NCBI RefSeq assembly: GCF_001194135.2
Contig: NC_068987.1
Location: forward strand, 72,180,991 to 72,244,990
Length of the DNA stretch: 64,000 bases
Source of the DNA: Octopus bimaculoides
Lineage: Eukaryota
Reading direction: 5' to 3'
A program made the position numbers and the translations under genes. Positions within the stretch are counted from its first letter, which is position 1, and every line of letters starts with the position of its first letter. The notes beneath the pieces are model-generated. The model did no database searches and had not been told where the DNA came from. It saw only the letters and a program-made list of their open reading frames with translations. Shown here one piece after another: positions 26,601 through 40,576 of the stretch.

Positions 26601-29600
26601 ATTTCATGTCCTGAGAATCTCTTCCTTGTTCCCACCACCACCATCATCATCATTCTCATTTTATGTTGTTTTTTTTCATGCTTGTATGGCTTGGGTGGAT
26701 CTTCTGCACAATGTTTTATCACTAGATGCAATCATCATCTCCTTTGGGAATTTCACTATTCTGCATATTTCATCTTTTTATAGCTCCATTACCTTAATTT
26801 GTAGTTTTTATCTCCCCATTACTCATCATCATCATCATCATTGTTTAACATCTGCTTTCCATGCTGGCATGGGTTGGACGGTTTGACTGAGGACTGGCAA
26901 GCCAGATGGCTATCTCTCATAATTCGTATTTCATATCCCCTCTCCCTATACCTCATCATATTCTCAATTTTCATTACTTGTTATTTTATGTCTACATTAC
27001 CTCCTCAAGTCTTGTCATCATTATCCTCCCCAAACTCTGCTCCAACATACTTTCATCTGACCCATGCAAGCATGGGTCAGACAAGAATATGCTGGAGCAG
27101 AACTTTCTATGGCAGGATGCTTTTCCCTCATTTATTTGGAAGTGGAGTAATAATCTTCCAGTCTGATTAACAGCAAACAACCAGAGGGATTCCTGGCTTG
27201 TCTTCAGATTAGTGACTTTGTCCAAATTTTTGCAACACTGTGGACTCTACTATAAGCACCATAGACAAAGGGACTGTATTAAAGCAAGTGTTAGATGAAG
27301 TCTACCTCCTGCGAACATCCTGTAGGCTTTATCATCATCATCATCATCATCATCGTTTAACGTCCGCTTTCCATGCTAGCATGGGTTGGACGATTTGACT
27401 GAGGACTGGTGAAACCGGATGGCAACACCAGGCTCCAATCTAATTTGGCAGAGTTTCTACAGCTGGTATTTTCCCATTTCACTTCCAAACTAATTGATGC
27501 TTAAAATAATGGTACCCAGAGAGTGATTGCCAGCAAATGCTTCTTCCGCTAAAACCAGCCTAATCCCCACTTGCCAATATTAGTGCCTTCTCCCATTATT
27601 AATTAGAAGAAAGTTTACTTCCATATAATTTTGTTTTTTCACCTGTGTTAAGCAAGTTCAAAGTTACCGTAATTTTATCGAACACGGCAGTTTGTTCGCT
27701 CCATTTTCGATCGTCACCATTTCCCTTTTCTGTCATAGAAGCCTTAATTTTTAACCTCTGTTGGCTTTATGGCTGCCAGTTCNNNNNNNNNNGGGGGGGG
27801 GGGTCTATTTTTCGGTTGTTTACCCTGAGGAAACAATACTGTGGATGAGAATAATTTAAATTTAGCATTACGTTTATCACTATAAATTTTACATTATAAC
27901 AGAAGAGACAAGTCTACAGTTTTGTTTCGGTTTCTAGCCACTTCATTAGTGACCTGTGAAATAAAATGATTTGAAACACAAACCTGGTCCGACAGTGAGG
28001 CTCCACCTTGGGAGTTCAGGGGTTTTAGAGAGTATGAAGTTATCTCTTAGTCATCACTACCCCAAAGTTTGCTATGGCTCTGAATGGTAGAACCTTTCAA
28101 GGACGGCAGTTACGAGTCATATAGCAGAAAACGGCCTTGTTGCTAAGGCATACAGGACTCAGAAGACGACTGGCCCTTAGAACATGTGTTACACAGGCCC
28201 ACAGGTATATGAACATGCTTTATCATGTGAACCAGTCTCTCTGCTTGTGGGTTAAATAGACACTGTGTCTCAAGGGTAAGCTTGAGAGAACTGTAAATAA
28301 CCTGGCAGAATGCTACAAAAATCTACGAGGGATGCTTAAAAGTTCCTGGCTCATTTTAAGCATTGAATGACAATATGAGACTTTGAGAGGTAGTTGCTCC
28401 CTCGAACGAAAATAAAATTTGGGATTTGCAGAGGATTAAAGTTGGTAACAAAAACAGGACAGTGGAGATATACAACAAACCAAACGAAAACAAACATAGA
28501 GTGCCGTTAGGCCAGACAAGGTAAAAGTAGTGGACGCTGGAGAAATATTGTCTTTGACAAGAGGAAAGATAGAAGAGGAGACAGATAAGAATACATGTGG
28601 TCTGTATGAAAAACTGACGGAAAAGAAAGATGATCACGTGAGGAAAAGAAAAATGGACGATGGTCATGTGTGAGCAACAAGAGAGAGTAAAGGAGAAAGA
28701 GGGTGAGAGAGAGAGCGAGAGAGATAGAAAATGGTGAAGGCGAGAAAAAAAAATTAGAGAAAGGATGAGAGAGAACAGTACAGTGTAGAGTCGCATCAAA
28801 ATTATTAAGATAAACTTTCTTGGAAATGGATGCGTGGCTTTCAATCATATAATAATATAAATAAAATATACATATATGCGTATATACATACATATATGTG
28901 CATACATACATATATATGCATATATAGGTACACCACGTCACAAAAATCATCTCTATTAAAAAATTTACTGTTTGCCCATTCATAACATTTTATAAATTCT
29001 TGTTTAAGAGTTCAGATTACACAGTCAATAGAGCGACAAACAAGATGCATTGCGATATTTAGTTATAATTGTTTTCAGTTTTAACTTTGCTGTACCTTTC
29101 ATCATATCCTACTGTTCTTGTCCTCCAAATTTCTGGCCTTGTAGCTATGTTAGAAATTCTTATTGTTTTCATGATGATGATCGAGGCATTGACAGAAGAA
29201 TCAGTAAAGTATTGGACAAAATGCTTTGCTGTATTTTATTACATTTCTTTACATTCTGAGTTCAAATCTTGCTGCTGTCGTTTGTTTGCTTTCAACATTT
29301 CACAGTTGATATAATAAGTACCAGTTAAATATTTAGTCCTCTTTTGAAATAAATGACTATCCCTCCCTCTTCTCCAAAAAATCTGGTCTTGTCTCTATCT
29401 TAGGAATAAGTTTTTCAACTCTCTTATATGCATGAGTATCTGTCATATGGTAGAAGTTTTGCATTCATCCCTTATATACATCTAACTTCCTTCACCCCAT
29501 GTTTATTTCATATCCACTTCATTCACCTCTCACCATTCTCCCTAGCTCTCTGTATCCACTCACTCCTAAGTGGCAGGCAATGTTACAATGTTACCCAGAA

Positions 29601-32600
29601 AAAGTGACATCTTGGTTAATTTTAAATGAAGCTTCTTTTGTTTACAGAAAATAAGAACTCCCGGTGTCCCAGAACGAGTGAAACCAATGTCTAAATCTGG
29701 TGATGTATTTGAAGTAGCTCGAGGCAGGTATGTCTACTAGCATTAGTTTTTGATAGATTTTATTGTTAGACAATTCTTTTTCCTGACAATACTTGACTTC
29801 ATTTCATACTGATATTGGACAATTTGGTAAACTGTTTATTCTCTGTGTTTTTTTTTTTTTTTNNNNNNNNNNTTTTTGTTTTTTAATGAATATCTCTAAT
29901 GGTTTACTCTTCTTTCTTCAGTAAGATTTACATATATATTCTGAAAATTGAAATCACAAACTTTTACTCCATGCAAGGTCCCACAATTTTTATTCACTAT
30001 ACATATAGACTAGGAGCATCTAAGGGTATATTTAGACTCAATATCATGTGTGATAGCCATATTAGGCCACACTTAACATTATATCACCTTTCAAGCCACC
30101 ATCAGACCTATAACTTAATTTTTTTTTTCTTTTACATATATCAGACTACAGCATCTAAGAAAATACTTTGTAGTTTTGTTTTCAGTTCTTTACATTCTGA
30201 GTTCAAATTCCACTAAGGTCATCTTTGCTTTCCATCCTTGTGAGTTCAATAAAATACTGTGTCAGTTCTCAGAAACAGATTAGAAGAATTGTTTGAGCAT
30301 TGAACAAAATGCCTTATGGTATTTCTTCTGGGTGTCTGGGCAGATTTGGTGAACTTGTCTGCATCTAATCCTAACAGGATAGTGTCTTGCAAAAGATATC
30401 CAAAGGAAGCCATGGGAAAACCCCCTTTATATCCTCCCATGAAAATTTCATGAAAAGCACAATATGATTATCATAGCAGTCATCAGAAATTATTCATCAA
30501 CCTGATGATGTAAGGAACAAAGTACTGCATTATCTAATGTGCCTTTTTAAGATAGTAACTGAGATTTGCTTGCTATTTCTAGCTGGTTGAGCAACATCGT
30601 AGAAGCTTTATCTTTTACTGGTCATTATTGTTTTGCTCCAGATTAGCTCAGATCCAAGAAATCGATGATCACATACATTCTAACTGTGGCCACTCCATCT
30701 AGTTCAGACACAATGTATCTAGGACAGTATTATTCAACGTATTTTTTAAAGACGCTTGAGAAAAATGTTGTTGCCAATATCTTCTTAAAGCCATTCAGTT
30801 GATGTTGATTTTGTTATTTTTCAATTATATTTTAATGGTAATAATTTTGTTTTTTATGTTCTCAAACAGACTTCATGTTTCTGCAGTTCCTGAGTCACTA
30901 CCATGCAGAGAAAAAGAATTTGCAGATATTTATTCATTTGTGGAAGGTAAAATCCTTGATGGAACTGGAGGGTAAGAAGCTTAATGTTTTTCATGTTATT
31001 TTCCATAAAGTAAGAAAAGTTCAATTAATGATGTTTGTTTAATTGGTTGACACCATTCACTCCCAGACACACCTCAGCCTCCAGCCTGCAGGCTTGCTAT
31101 CTCCTCTCTTTGCCTTTTCTAGTGCTATTATAATGACCTCTACTTCTCAGAAATAGCTGGACTCATGTTACCTCCAATAAGGCATTCCTATCTTACTTGT
31201 CTCTTCTCTTCTCTTGTTGTGTCCATCCAACCCTTTAGGCCTTCCATCCCAGAACGTCAGCCCTCTGGAATTCCTCAGGTACAAATTTCATGACACATAT
31301 TAGGATCCTTGGTCTGAATGGCTTGAAACTGGAGCATCAAACATGAAGGATTATATTTAGAATAAAGCAATTTACTGTAGATGCTATCATTTATTAACAT
31401 CCGAGTGGAAAGGAAACCTTGAGTGCTCATCTATAATCGCAAACACATAGCAATAAGAGTTAGAGGATGGTAGGAGATCTATGAAGTTGGCACTGACATA
31501 CTCAAATGGTTCTATGGATATGGTGAGAATCAGTTGTTAAAACTCAGTCTATTTATTTGGCTAAAATATTCATCTTCAGTATTCAAAGCACAAATGTGTT
31601 TATCTTTACAGAGTTATTTTTCATGATTTCGAGGTTAATTAAAGACATTTAATTTACAATTTTCCATCAGAATTAATATAACAGTAATGCTTATGCATTT
31701 CGCCTAGCACAACACTACACCTTACTACAGTTCACTGCTCTGTATTACATAGAAAAGTCATCCATATTGTTTGTATATTAGGGACTACAGCATCCAGTAT
31801 ATCTTTTTGTTTAAGATAGGGTGGGATTTAACGAAGATAAGGTTGCTGTCTTCAACAAGTCAAGTCACACTACTTTTTTGACCTGCTACAAATAGCAGTC
31901 AAAGCTCTCTCAAACCTGTTTTTTTTTTTTAATGACATATATATATATATATATAATGTATGATACACATCAACAACAGTGCACAATAAGATCTATGATG
32001 GTAGAGTCCTTGAAGTGTAAAGTTCCAATGGTAATCCAGGTGGAGTTTATGATAAAGTGGATAAGTAGAGGGATCAAAGATCCAAGAAGAAGGTAGGAGA
32101 GATGAGGATCCAAGAGAGGAGGAAGTTCAGTCAGGCAGGATCCGCCTGGTGTGGTAGTCCAAGTACACTCTATTAAAAAAATAATAATAGATTGATGAGC
32201 TGGTCACTGGTTGAATGCTTCTGATTATAAATGTGTTTGATCAGGATTGTTGATTTGGAACTAAATTGCAACACCATGTTACACTACACTGCTGCACATT
32301 ACACCACACTGCCACTCTACTCTATATGAGAGAATTAGGGATCCTCATTTTTTTTAAAATGGCACATTGGATAATATCATCATCATCATATTTTAACATC
32401 CTCTTTTCAAATGCTGACATTGGTCAGACAAAGTTTATTGAGGCAAATTTTTCTACAGCTAGGTGTCCATCCTGTCACCAACCCTCATTTGTCTCCAAGC
32501 AAGGTAATATTTCCCCATGGTCTGGCATACATGCTCTCACAGATTATTGGAAAGAATGACACTGCTTGTATGACTGTGACATTTGTTTACAACTAGCAAG

Positions 32601-35600
32601 TGATGTGAGGACAAGGAAACACAAACATATATGCATGCACACACACACACACTCACACACACATATAATGCGAATCTCTTCAGTTTCTGCCTGCCAAATC
32701 CACTCACAAAGCTTTGGTTGGCCCAAAGCTATAACAGAAGACATTTGTCGAGGTGATTGGGAAGCAAACTTCTCAATCACACAGGCAGGTCTATACCCAA
32801 TTTAGAGAATGACAAGATGGTCACAGCTGAATCATCTTTGACCATAGATCTACTCAATCAGAACTAACTTGAAGTTAAACACCAGCAAAATACTACTCAA
32901 AATGACATTACTCCTCACAAGTAGAACATTAAATATATAAATCTCACTGCTTTGAGAAGCCTTACATATCAGTACAGTTGCTTCTTTTAGACCTATCAGT
33001 CCATAATAACAAGAGCCCCTTTAATGTATTCATGTTTTTTAGGTGTATGTACATATCTGGTGTACCTGGTACTGGAAAGACTGCCACAGTGCAGGAAGTT
33101 ATTCGTAACTTAAGAGAAGCTTCTGAGGCTGGTGATATTGGAATGTTCCGGTATATCGAACTGAATGGAATGAAGTTAACAGAACCCCATCAAGCTTATG
33201 TCCAACTTTTAAAGGTATGTATTACAGTAAATGAGAGTTGAAGCATATCATGTCAGTAGAGAGATTACAAACTAGAACTTTCGGCTGTGCATGTACCATC
33301 TTAAAATATGCACTCTCTATATTGAGCAAGTTGGCAAATTTCAGGAAGCATGGGAGTTTGGAAGGATGCAGTGTCCTGATATATTTTTATGTTTTTTTTT
33401 TCTGTTCATTTATTTATTTAATTTTGTATCACTCATAGAGATTTGCTGTAGTTGGCATAAATTAAAGAAGTCCCCACCTCCAGAAACTTCATCAGATAAG
33501 TCCTAAGTGTGTGTCTAGTCCAGGCATGAGCAACCATTTTCAAAAATTGGGCCACATGGCTCATCACCTGGTGGGCTGCACAACTAAAACAATTCTAGGT
33601 AAATTTTGATAAGGTGTGCCATTCAGAAAGTCCGTTGGGCTGCAGTTTACCCATGAATGGTCTAGTCTGTGTGATCATACCAGTTGGTAATAAAGAAGGA
33701 CTTCTAATAGTAAAAAGAACCCATCCAAAACAGCAACTAAATGCACTGAAGACCGGGCATCTTTGAGGTGCTATGTTGACATTAGTATTATATGGGAAGG
33801 CTGATGCATTTTCAAACAAGCCCAAACTATGCATAGATTAACACAGGAGATACAAAACTGATGAATAATAATGAGTTTTAACATTGACAAAAGGTTTTGC
33901 AGAGAAAAGTCAATTCACTAACCCCAGGACTTGATTGGTATGCATTTCATCAATCCTGTATAATTGAAAGAGAAACTCAACATCAGTGAAATTTGAACAT
34001 GAGACATAAATGCTTGCATAGCATTTTCCCTGCACTTACTAATCCTGCCATTCCCTATATTAATAATAATAATGATATTACTTCTAGCAATTGACTGGAC
34101 AGAAGACCAGTGCTGAACATGCTGTAGACATTCTTCATAAAAGATTCAACAATTTAGCACCAAGAAGAGAAACCAATATTCTACTTGTTGATGAGGTAAG
34201 TTCCTGGAAGCTAATCAAAGAAATATTTCATCTTGCTTTTGTTTAATCCATGAATGAATAGTTTCAGATATTTTTTTTTTTCTTGAAATTTAATTTGTTT
34301 ATTATTTCTTTTTAATTTCAAAAAATGGCTCTTTAAATAAATATTAAAATTCTAGATGTTATCAGTCTACTTGCAGACCTGATGATGTGTTTTTGTAACC
34401 ATTAACACAATGTGTTGATAAAATATGCACTACATACAGCTGTAGCAGGTTTCTATGTTTGCCTGTAAATCTCTGTGTCTCTGTCTGTGTATCATCATCA
34501 TTGTTTTAATGTTCACTTTTCCATGCTTCATGAGGACAGCCAGAATTTCTTGAAGGGTATTTTATGCAGCTGGATACCTTTCCTGTTGTCAGCCTCACCT
34601 GTTTCTAAGCAAGGTGATATTTCTCTATGACCAAACAGACTGTCACAGAAAGTTGAATCAAAATTAGCTCCCTTTTCAGAGACACATGCAAAGTAACAGG
34701 CGTTCACACAGCTTTTCATTCTGTAATAACACTTCTACTTTGGATCTTTGCTCTCTGGAGCTTTAGTGATATGTGTGTGTGTGTGTGTGTGTTTAGTTCT
34801 TTTTTTTTTACCATCATCATAACAATATAACACCCACTTTCCATGCTGGCATAGGTTGGTTTGTTCAACAAGAGTTAACAAGTCATAAGACTGATCCAAG
34901 TTTCAGTGTGTTCTCAGTCATGATTTCTATGGTTGGATGCCCCTCCTAATGCCAACCGCTTTACAGAGTGTACTGGATGCTTTTTACATGGCATTGGCAC
35001 CAGTGAGATCACCAAGTACTTCACAGGGCAAGAACCTTCAGCAAGAGTGGGTATGGTATTGAGGGAAGTGGCTTTGTGCCAGGTGACAAGAGGTTAAAGT
35101 ATGATAGAGGGACAGGAACAGGTGTCTTGTTGTAAGGGAGATACGTAGCTACCCTAATTGAAAAAGAAAGATGGTGATGCAACCATGTCAGTGTGTACCA
35201 TCAAGTTGCAGGGAGTTTCCATTAAGAACCATCACTCTCCACAGACACAGAATGCATAGATAGTTTGTTTTAATCTATTTTTCTTGTTAATAAGAGCATT
35301 TATGTATACACACACATATGTATTCAATCTTTGTTTTTCGTTACCTTAAAATTAGCTTGATTTACTGTGGACAAGAAAACAAGATGTTATGTATAATATA
35401 TTTGATTGGCCATCAAAGCCTCATGCCCGACTTGTGGTACTTGCTGTAGCAAACACCATGGATTTACCTGAACGCATCATGATGAGACGAGTTTCTAGCC
35501 GTCTTGTAAGTACTTTTGCATTATGAATAGTTTTATCCTCAACTCTCAATATTTTTCCAGTCCTTTTTTTTTTTTTTTTTTTTTTACCGACCAAATATTT

Positions 35601-38600
35601 TATTTATCTTGTATCTCAGGACAGTCATTATGCCAATAATAAGCAAATGCACTGATTTTATTTCACTTCTTTTAATATTATTAGTCACTTTGGAAAGCAG
35701 CCAGCTGGTAGAATTGTTAGCATGCTGGGTAAATGCTTAGCAGTATTTCATCCATCTTTACGTTCTGAGTTCAAATTCCATTGATGTCAGCTTTGCCTTT
35801 CATCCTTTTGGGGTCAGTAAAATAAGTACCAGTTAAACACTGGAGTCAATGTAATTGTTTTAGCCTCTTCCTTGAAATTGCTGGCCTTGTGCCAAAATTT
35901 GAAATCAGTATTAGTTAATTTGTTAACATTTAACTAAACAATTGTTTGACTAATTGTATGTTCAATTGATAAATGAGCTAAGTTTGTCAAAGTCTGTCAG
36001 ACCTGGTATAGAGAGGGCATTTCATTGCTGACATCACAAATGGCAAAGAAAGGACTTCTTTTACATTACCAATACCTCTCTCACAACTTTTTTCAATGTT
36101 ATTGTTATTCTTCTTTTAATCATTGAACACATTCAAGGGAGTTACATTGATTATATCAACCCCAGTATTATTTAAGTCTTGATTCCTATTTATCAAATGC
36201 CTTAATTACCTTTTGACATGAAAGGCACACTTGGTGCTAGTATTCACATACATACATGTATGTGTGTGTGTATCATCATTTGCTGTCCAATTTTCCATGC
36301 TTGCATTGATGAGATGGAATTTGTTGAGGCAGATTTTTTACAGCCAAATACTCTTCTTGTCACCAAACCTTACCTGTTTCCAAGCAAAGTAATATATATA
36401 TTTCCACACAGTTTCTGTCTTCCAAATTCCATTCACATAGCATTTGCCAACCCAAAGTTAGAGTGGAAAACATTTCCCCAAGGTATTATATAGCGGAATC
36501 AAACATGGAACCAAATGGCTGCAAAGCAACTTTCTTAACTTCATTGTTATGCTTTTGACAGTTGTTATTTTAAGATTATAATGGACAACCACTAATTGCT
36601 ACCCCATGTAATATTCTAAAAGAATACGTTTCAACTATGCTTGGTTCTAATCATCATCTTTTAATGTCCGCTTTCCATGCTGACATGAGTTGTGGAATTT
36701 GATCAGAGTTGACCAGCTGGAAAGCTGCATAAGGCTCCAGTATGATTTGGCTTGGTTTTACAGTTGGATGCCCTTCCTAACACCAACCACTTTACAGTGT
36801 GCTGGGTGCTTTTTAAAAATTGTGTAACTGTGTCGTAGATATTTGGAGAGATGTAATTATTTGGACTAATTATCTTCAAATGTATTAATTCTATCTGCAG
36901 GGACTTACTCGAATGACTTTTCAGCCTTACACTTTCAAGCAGCTTCAGCAAATTGTTCTGTCTCGACTACAAGGACTGAAAGCATTTGATGAAGATGCCA
37001 TCCAGCTAGCTGCACGCAAAGTAAGGAACTTTCCCCTTTATTCTTCTAGTCTGTTCTCAATTTTCTGTCACCACACAATGTAGTTTCATGTTTGTTTTCC
37101 CTATTTTTAATTATTAGTTTGTCCAAGGTAGAAAAGAACAAATCCCTTCAAGATTTTCTAGACAAAGGCATATTGATTGTTTAGTGAGTTAATACAAGTG
37201 TTGTTCAGTTTGAACTGCTGTCGGTTTGTTTTGAAGGCAAATGTTTGCAAGGAGGATATTCCAGAGGGCCTAATGCTGAACTCATTGGTTGTATATCTAA
37301 GACTAGAAGAGAGAGAACTCCTATGTGGTTGTACACTTAAGTGGTGGATAGGTAAACAGCCTCTAGATATAGGAATTAGTAGCAAATATAGAAATAAGTC
37401 ATCTTGGGCCAAAATGTGCGCTGCTTTTTGCCAAAATACCAACTGGCAACCACTCAACCTAGGTTTACAGGTTATGCGATGAGAAGCACTATAGTGGATG
37501 TGCAGTCAGTCTTAGCTTGGGTCATTCTACTGACCAGTGGTAACATCTGGTGCTGGGCAGAGGAAGCTCTGTGAGGTCAATAGCCAAGATCATCTAGACT
37601 TCAAAATATATTTCTGTTAACCTCTATAGATCCAGTAACCATAGACTTTATAGATTTAACGTTTATTCAGTGTATAACATATACCCATATATATTAAGCA
37701 TTCACAACATTACATATATACAGGATTGTGATGGGTAAATTGTCACCATTCTACATTTTTAATTTTGCACATTCGCATTGTTTGTTTTTGATTTTGTCGA
37801 CTACGCAGTATAGTAGGGTCAGTTGGGCATTGCCCATGAGAAAAACAGCACTGTAATGCAATTAACTCTGCCAGAAATTTGGAAACGACCTGCTTTACTG
37901 CTTGGCAATTGCGCCGGAAGCTCCGGTACAAAGAGATGGTGAATACACAGAATAACAGTTGACTTGCCATATCCCCAAAACGTTGCCGAGTCATAAAAAT
38001 CAAACATCCAGTCAACATCATGGTGGTTGGAGTGATCACTAGAGATGGCGATGTTATGCCTCCATTCATCTTCCCACATGGCCTCAGACTTAACACGGAG
38101 GCCTACATCAAGTGCCTGGAAGAGGTGTTGCCTTGGGTCAAAAGGGTGACTGCTGGAAGACACTATGTCTGGCAACAGGACTCTACCATGCCACACAAAC
38201 AGGAGAACCCAGTCATGGCTGTCAGACAATTTCTGCGACCACATCACCCCTAACATCTGGCCACCTAACTCCCTAGACTACAACCTCCTTAATTATTATG
38301 TGTGGGGTGCAGTTGAGTGAGAGACCAATGAAACTCCTTGTAACATGAAAGATGAACTAAAGGCAAGGATTATGACAGCATTCACCAACTTAAACAAGGG
38401 GACCATCCAGCAGAGTTGCTGGAGATTCCAAAGTCGTCTGGAGGCCGTGGCTGAAACCAATGACGAGTTTATTGAATAAATTTACACTTTAGTATTTCAG
38501 GATATTTTTATGTAATTTTGGTAAATATATCTGCTAAAATGAGATGTCGGTGTTTTCATTTTTGCGTAATTTAGCCAACAGTTTATTTACTGAACCCTGT

Positions 38601-38621
38601 ATGTATGTATATATATACATG

Positions 38622-38662
<41 letters not shown>

Positions 38663-38948
38663 AAAGGATGTGTTATAATACTATTCCACAGCCAAACCGA
38701 CAATCCAATAATACCATTCCACATATACAGAAACAGCCATACCAACCATCCAACATACCTCCATCATCAGCTGCTCCATGGGTATCATTATGGTTTCGAC
38801 ACTAGTGGTACCATTCAATCCGGCAGTGTCAACAGCACTAAAATAAGTGTTGTTTGGGAACAAACAAACCAAAGAAATCACAACTTTCAAACACATATAT
38901 CCTATGTACAACTGTATTGGTAAATAAATTCAATAAATATATATGTAT

Positions 38949-38995
<47 letters not shown>

Positions 38996-40537
38996 ATGTC
39001 TGCTTTCTATGCTTACATAGGTTGGATATGTCATCACAGTTCAAGTCAGTTGATATAATGAACTTATTGTATACAGTGGTCAAATGCATGACTTGTTGGA
39101 AATGGTTAAAAGAGAGACAGAAACCAGACATATCAGTCGAGTGAATAAAGAATGATAGCAATGGAAGCTAGAAATATATTTATTTATTTATTTTATTTAT
39201 GTGTTTCAGCCAAGTGGCTGCGGTCATGCTGGTGCACCACCGTGAAAAAACTTATGAATGAAGCACAAAAGAAGGGAAAATGGAACATTAAAGATAGTCA
39301 TAAAATATAAGGGGGCACATAAGGTATAGATCTGGTGAATTTCAGGAAGCATGGGATTTTTGAAGGATTCAGTGTCCTGACAGTTAACAATGGATTCTTT
39401 ACTCTTTACTCTTTTGTTTCAGTCATTTGACTGAGACCATGCTGGAGCACCGCCTTTAGTCGAGAAAATCGACCCCAGGACTTATTCTTTGTAAGCCTAG
39501 TACTTATTCTATCAGTCTCTTTTGCTGAACCGCTAGTTTACGGGGACCTAAACACACCAGCATTGGTTGTCAAGTGATGTGGTGGGGAGAAACACAGACA
39601 CACAAACATATATATATATATATATCATCATCATCATCATCGTTTAACGTCCGCTTTCCTTGCTAGCATGGGTTGGACGATTTGACTGAGGACTGGTGAA
39701 ACCAGATGGCTTCACCAGGCTCCAATCTGATTTGGCAGAGTTTCTACAGCTGGATGCCCTTCCTAACGCCAACCACTCAGAGAGTGTAGTGGGTGCTTTT
39801 ACGTGCTACCGGCACGAAGGCCAGTCAGGCGGTACTGGCAACAGCCACGCTCAAAATGGTGTATTTTATGTGCCACCCGCACAAGAGCCAGTCCAGGGGC
39901 ACTGGCAATGATCTCGCTCAAAAATCCTTACACATGTCACAGGCACAANNNNNNNNNNNNNNNNNNNNNNNNNNNNNNNNNNNNNNNNNNNNNNNNNNNN
40001 NNNNNNNNNNNNNNNNNNNNNNNNNNNNNNNNNNNNNNNNNNNNNNNNNNNNNNNNNNNNNNNNNNNNNNNNNNNNNNNNNNNNNNNNNNNNNNNNNNNN
40101 NNNNNNNNNNNNNNNNNNNNNNNNNNNNNNNNNNNNNNNNNNNNNNNNNNNNNNNNNNNNNNNNNNNNNNNNNNNNNNNNNNNNNNNNNNNNNNNNNNNN
40201 NNNNNNNNNNNNNNNNNNNNNNNNNNNNNNNNNNNNNNNNNNNNNNNNNNNNNNNNNNNNNNNNNNNNNNNNNNNNNNNNNNNNNNNNNNNNNNNNNNNN
40301 NNNNNNNNNNNNNNNNNNNNNNNNNNNNNNNNNNNNNNNNNNNNNNNNNNNNNNNNNNNNNNNNNNNNNNNNNNNNNNNNNNNNNNNNNNNNNNNNNNNN
40401 NNNNNNNNNNNNNNNNNNNNNNNNNNNNNNNNNNNNNNNNNNNNNNNNNNNNNNNNNNNNNNNNNNNNNNNNNNNNNNNNNNNNNNNNNNNNNNNNNNNN
40501 NNNNNNNNNNNNNNNNNNNNNNNNNNNNNNNNNNNNN

Positions 40538-40576
<39 letters not shown>

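Noticed and set aside
28356-28983. Minus-strand ORFs of 158-162 aa
   Set aside because: Low-complexity translations of purine-rich and microsatellite DNA; no domain or splice support.
31950-32170. Possible minus-strand GIY-YIG endonuclease relic ([14 protein letters not shown])
   Set aside because: Resemblance is weak and motif order is unclear. It needs a profile search (TBLASTN with PLE proteins) before it can be claimed.
34379-34418. CTGATGA-TGTGT...ACAC-AATGTGTTG as a decayed hammerhead
   Set aside because: Needs a 2-nt deletion plus several CpG decays, and has no stem I.
38760-38810. Minus-strand GAAAC...CTGATGA as a type II hammerhead
   Set aside because: Stem II strands do not pair.
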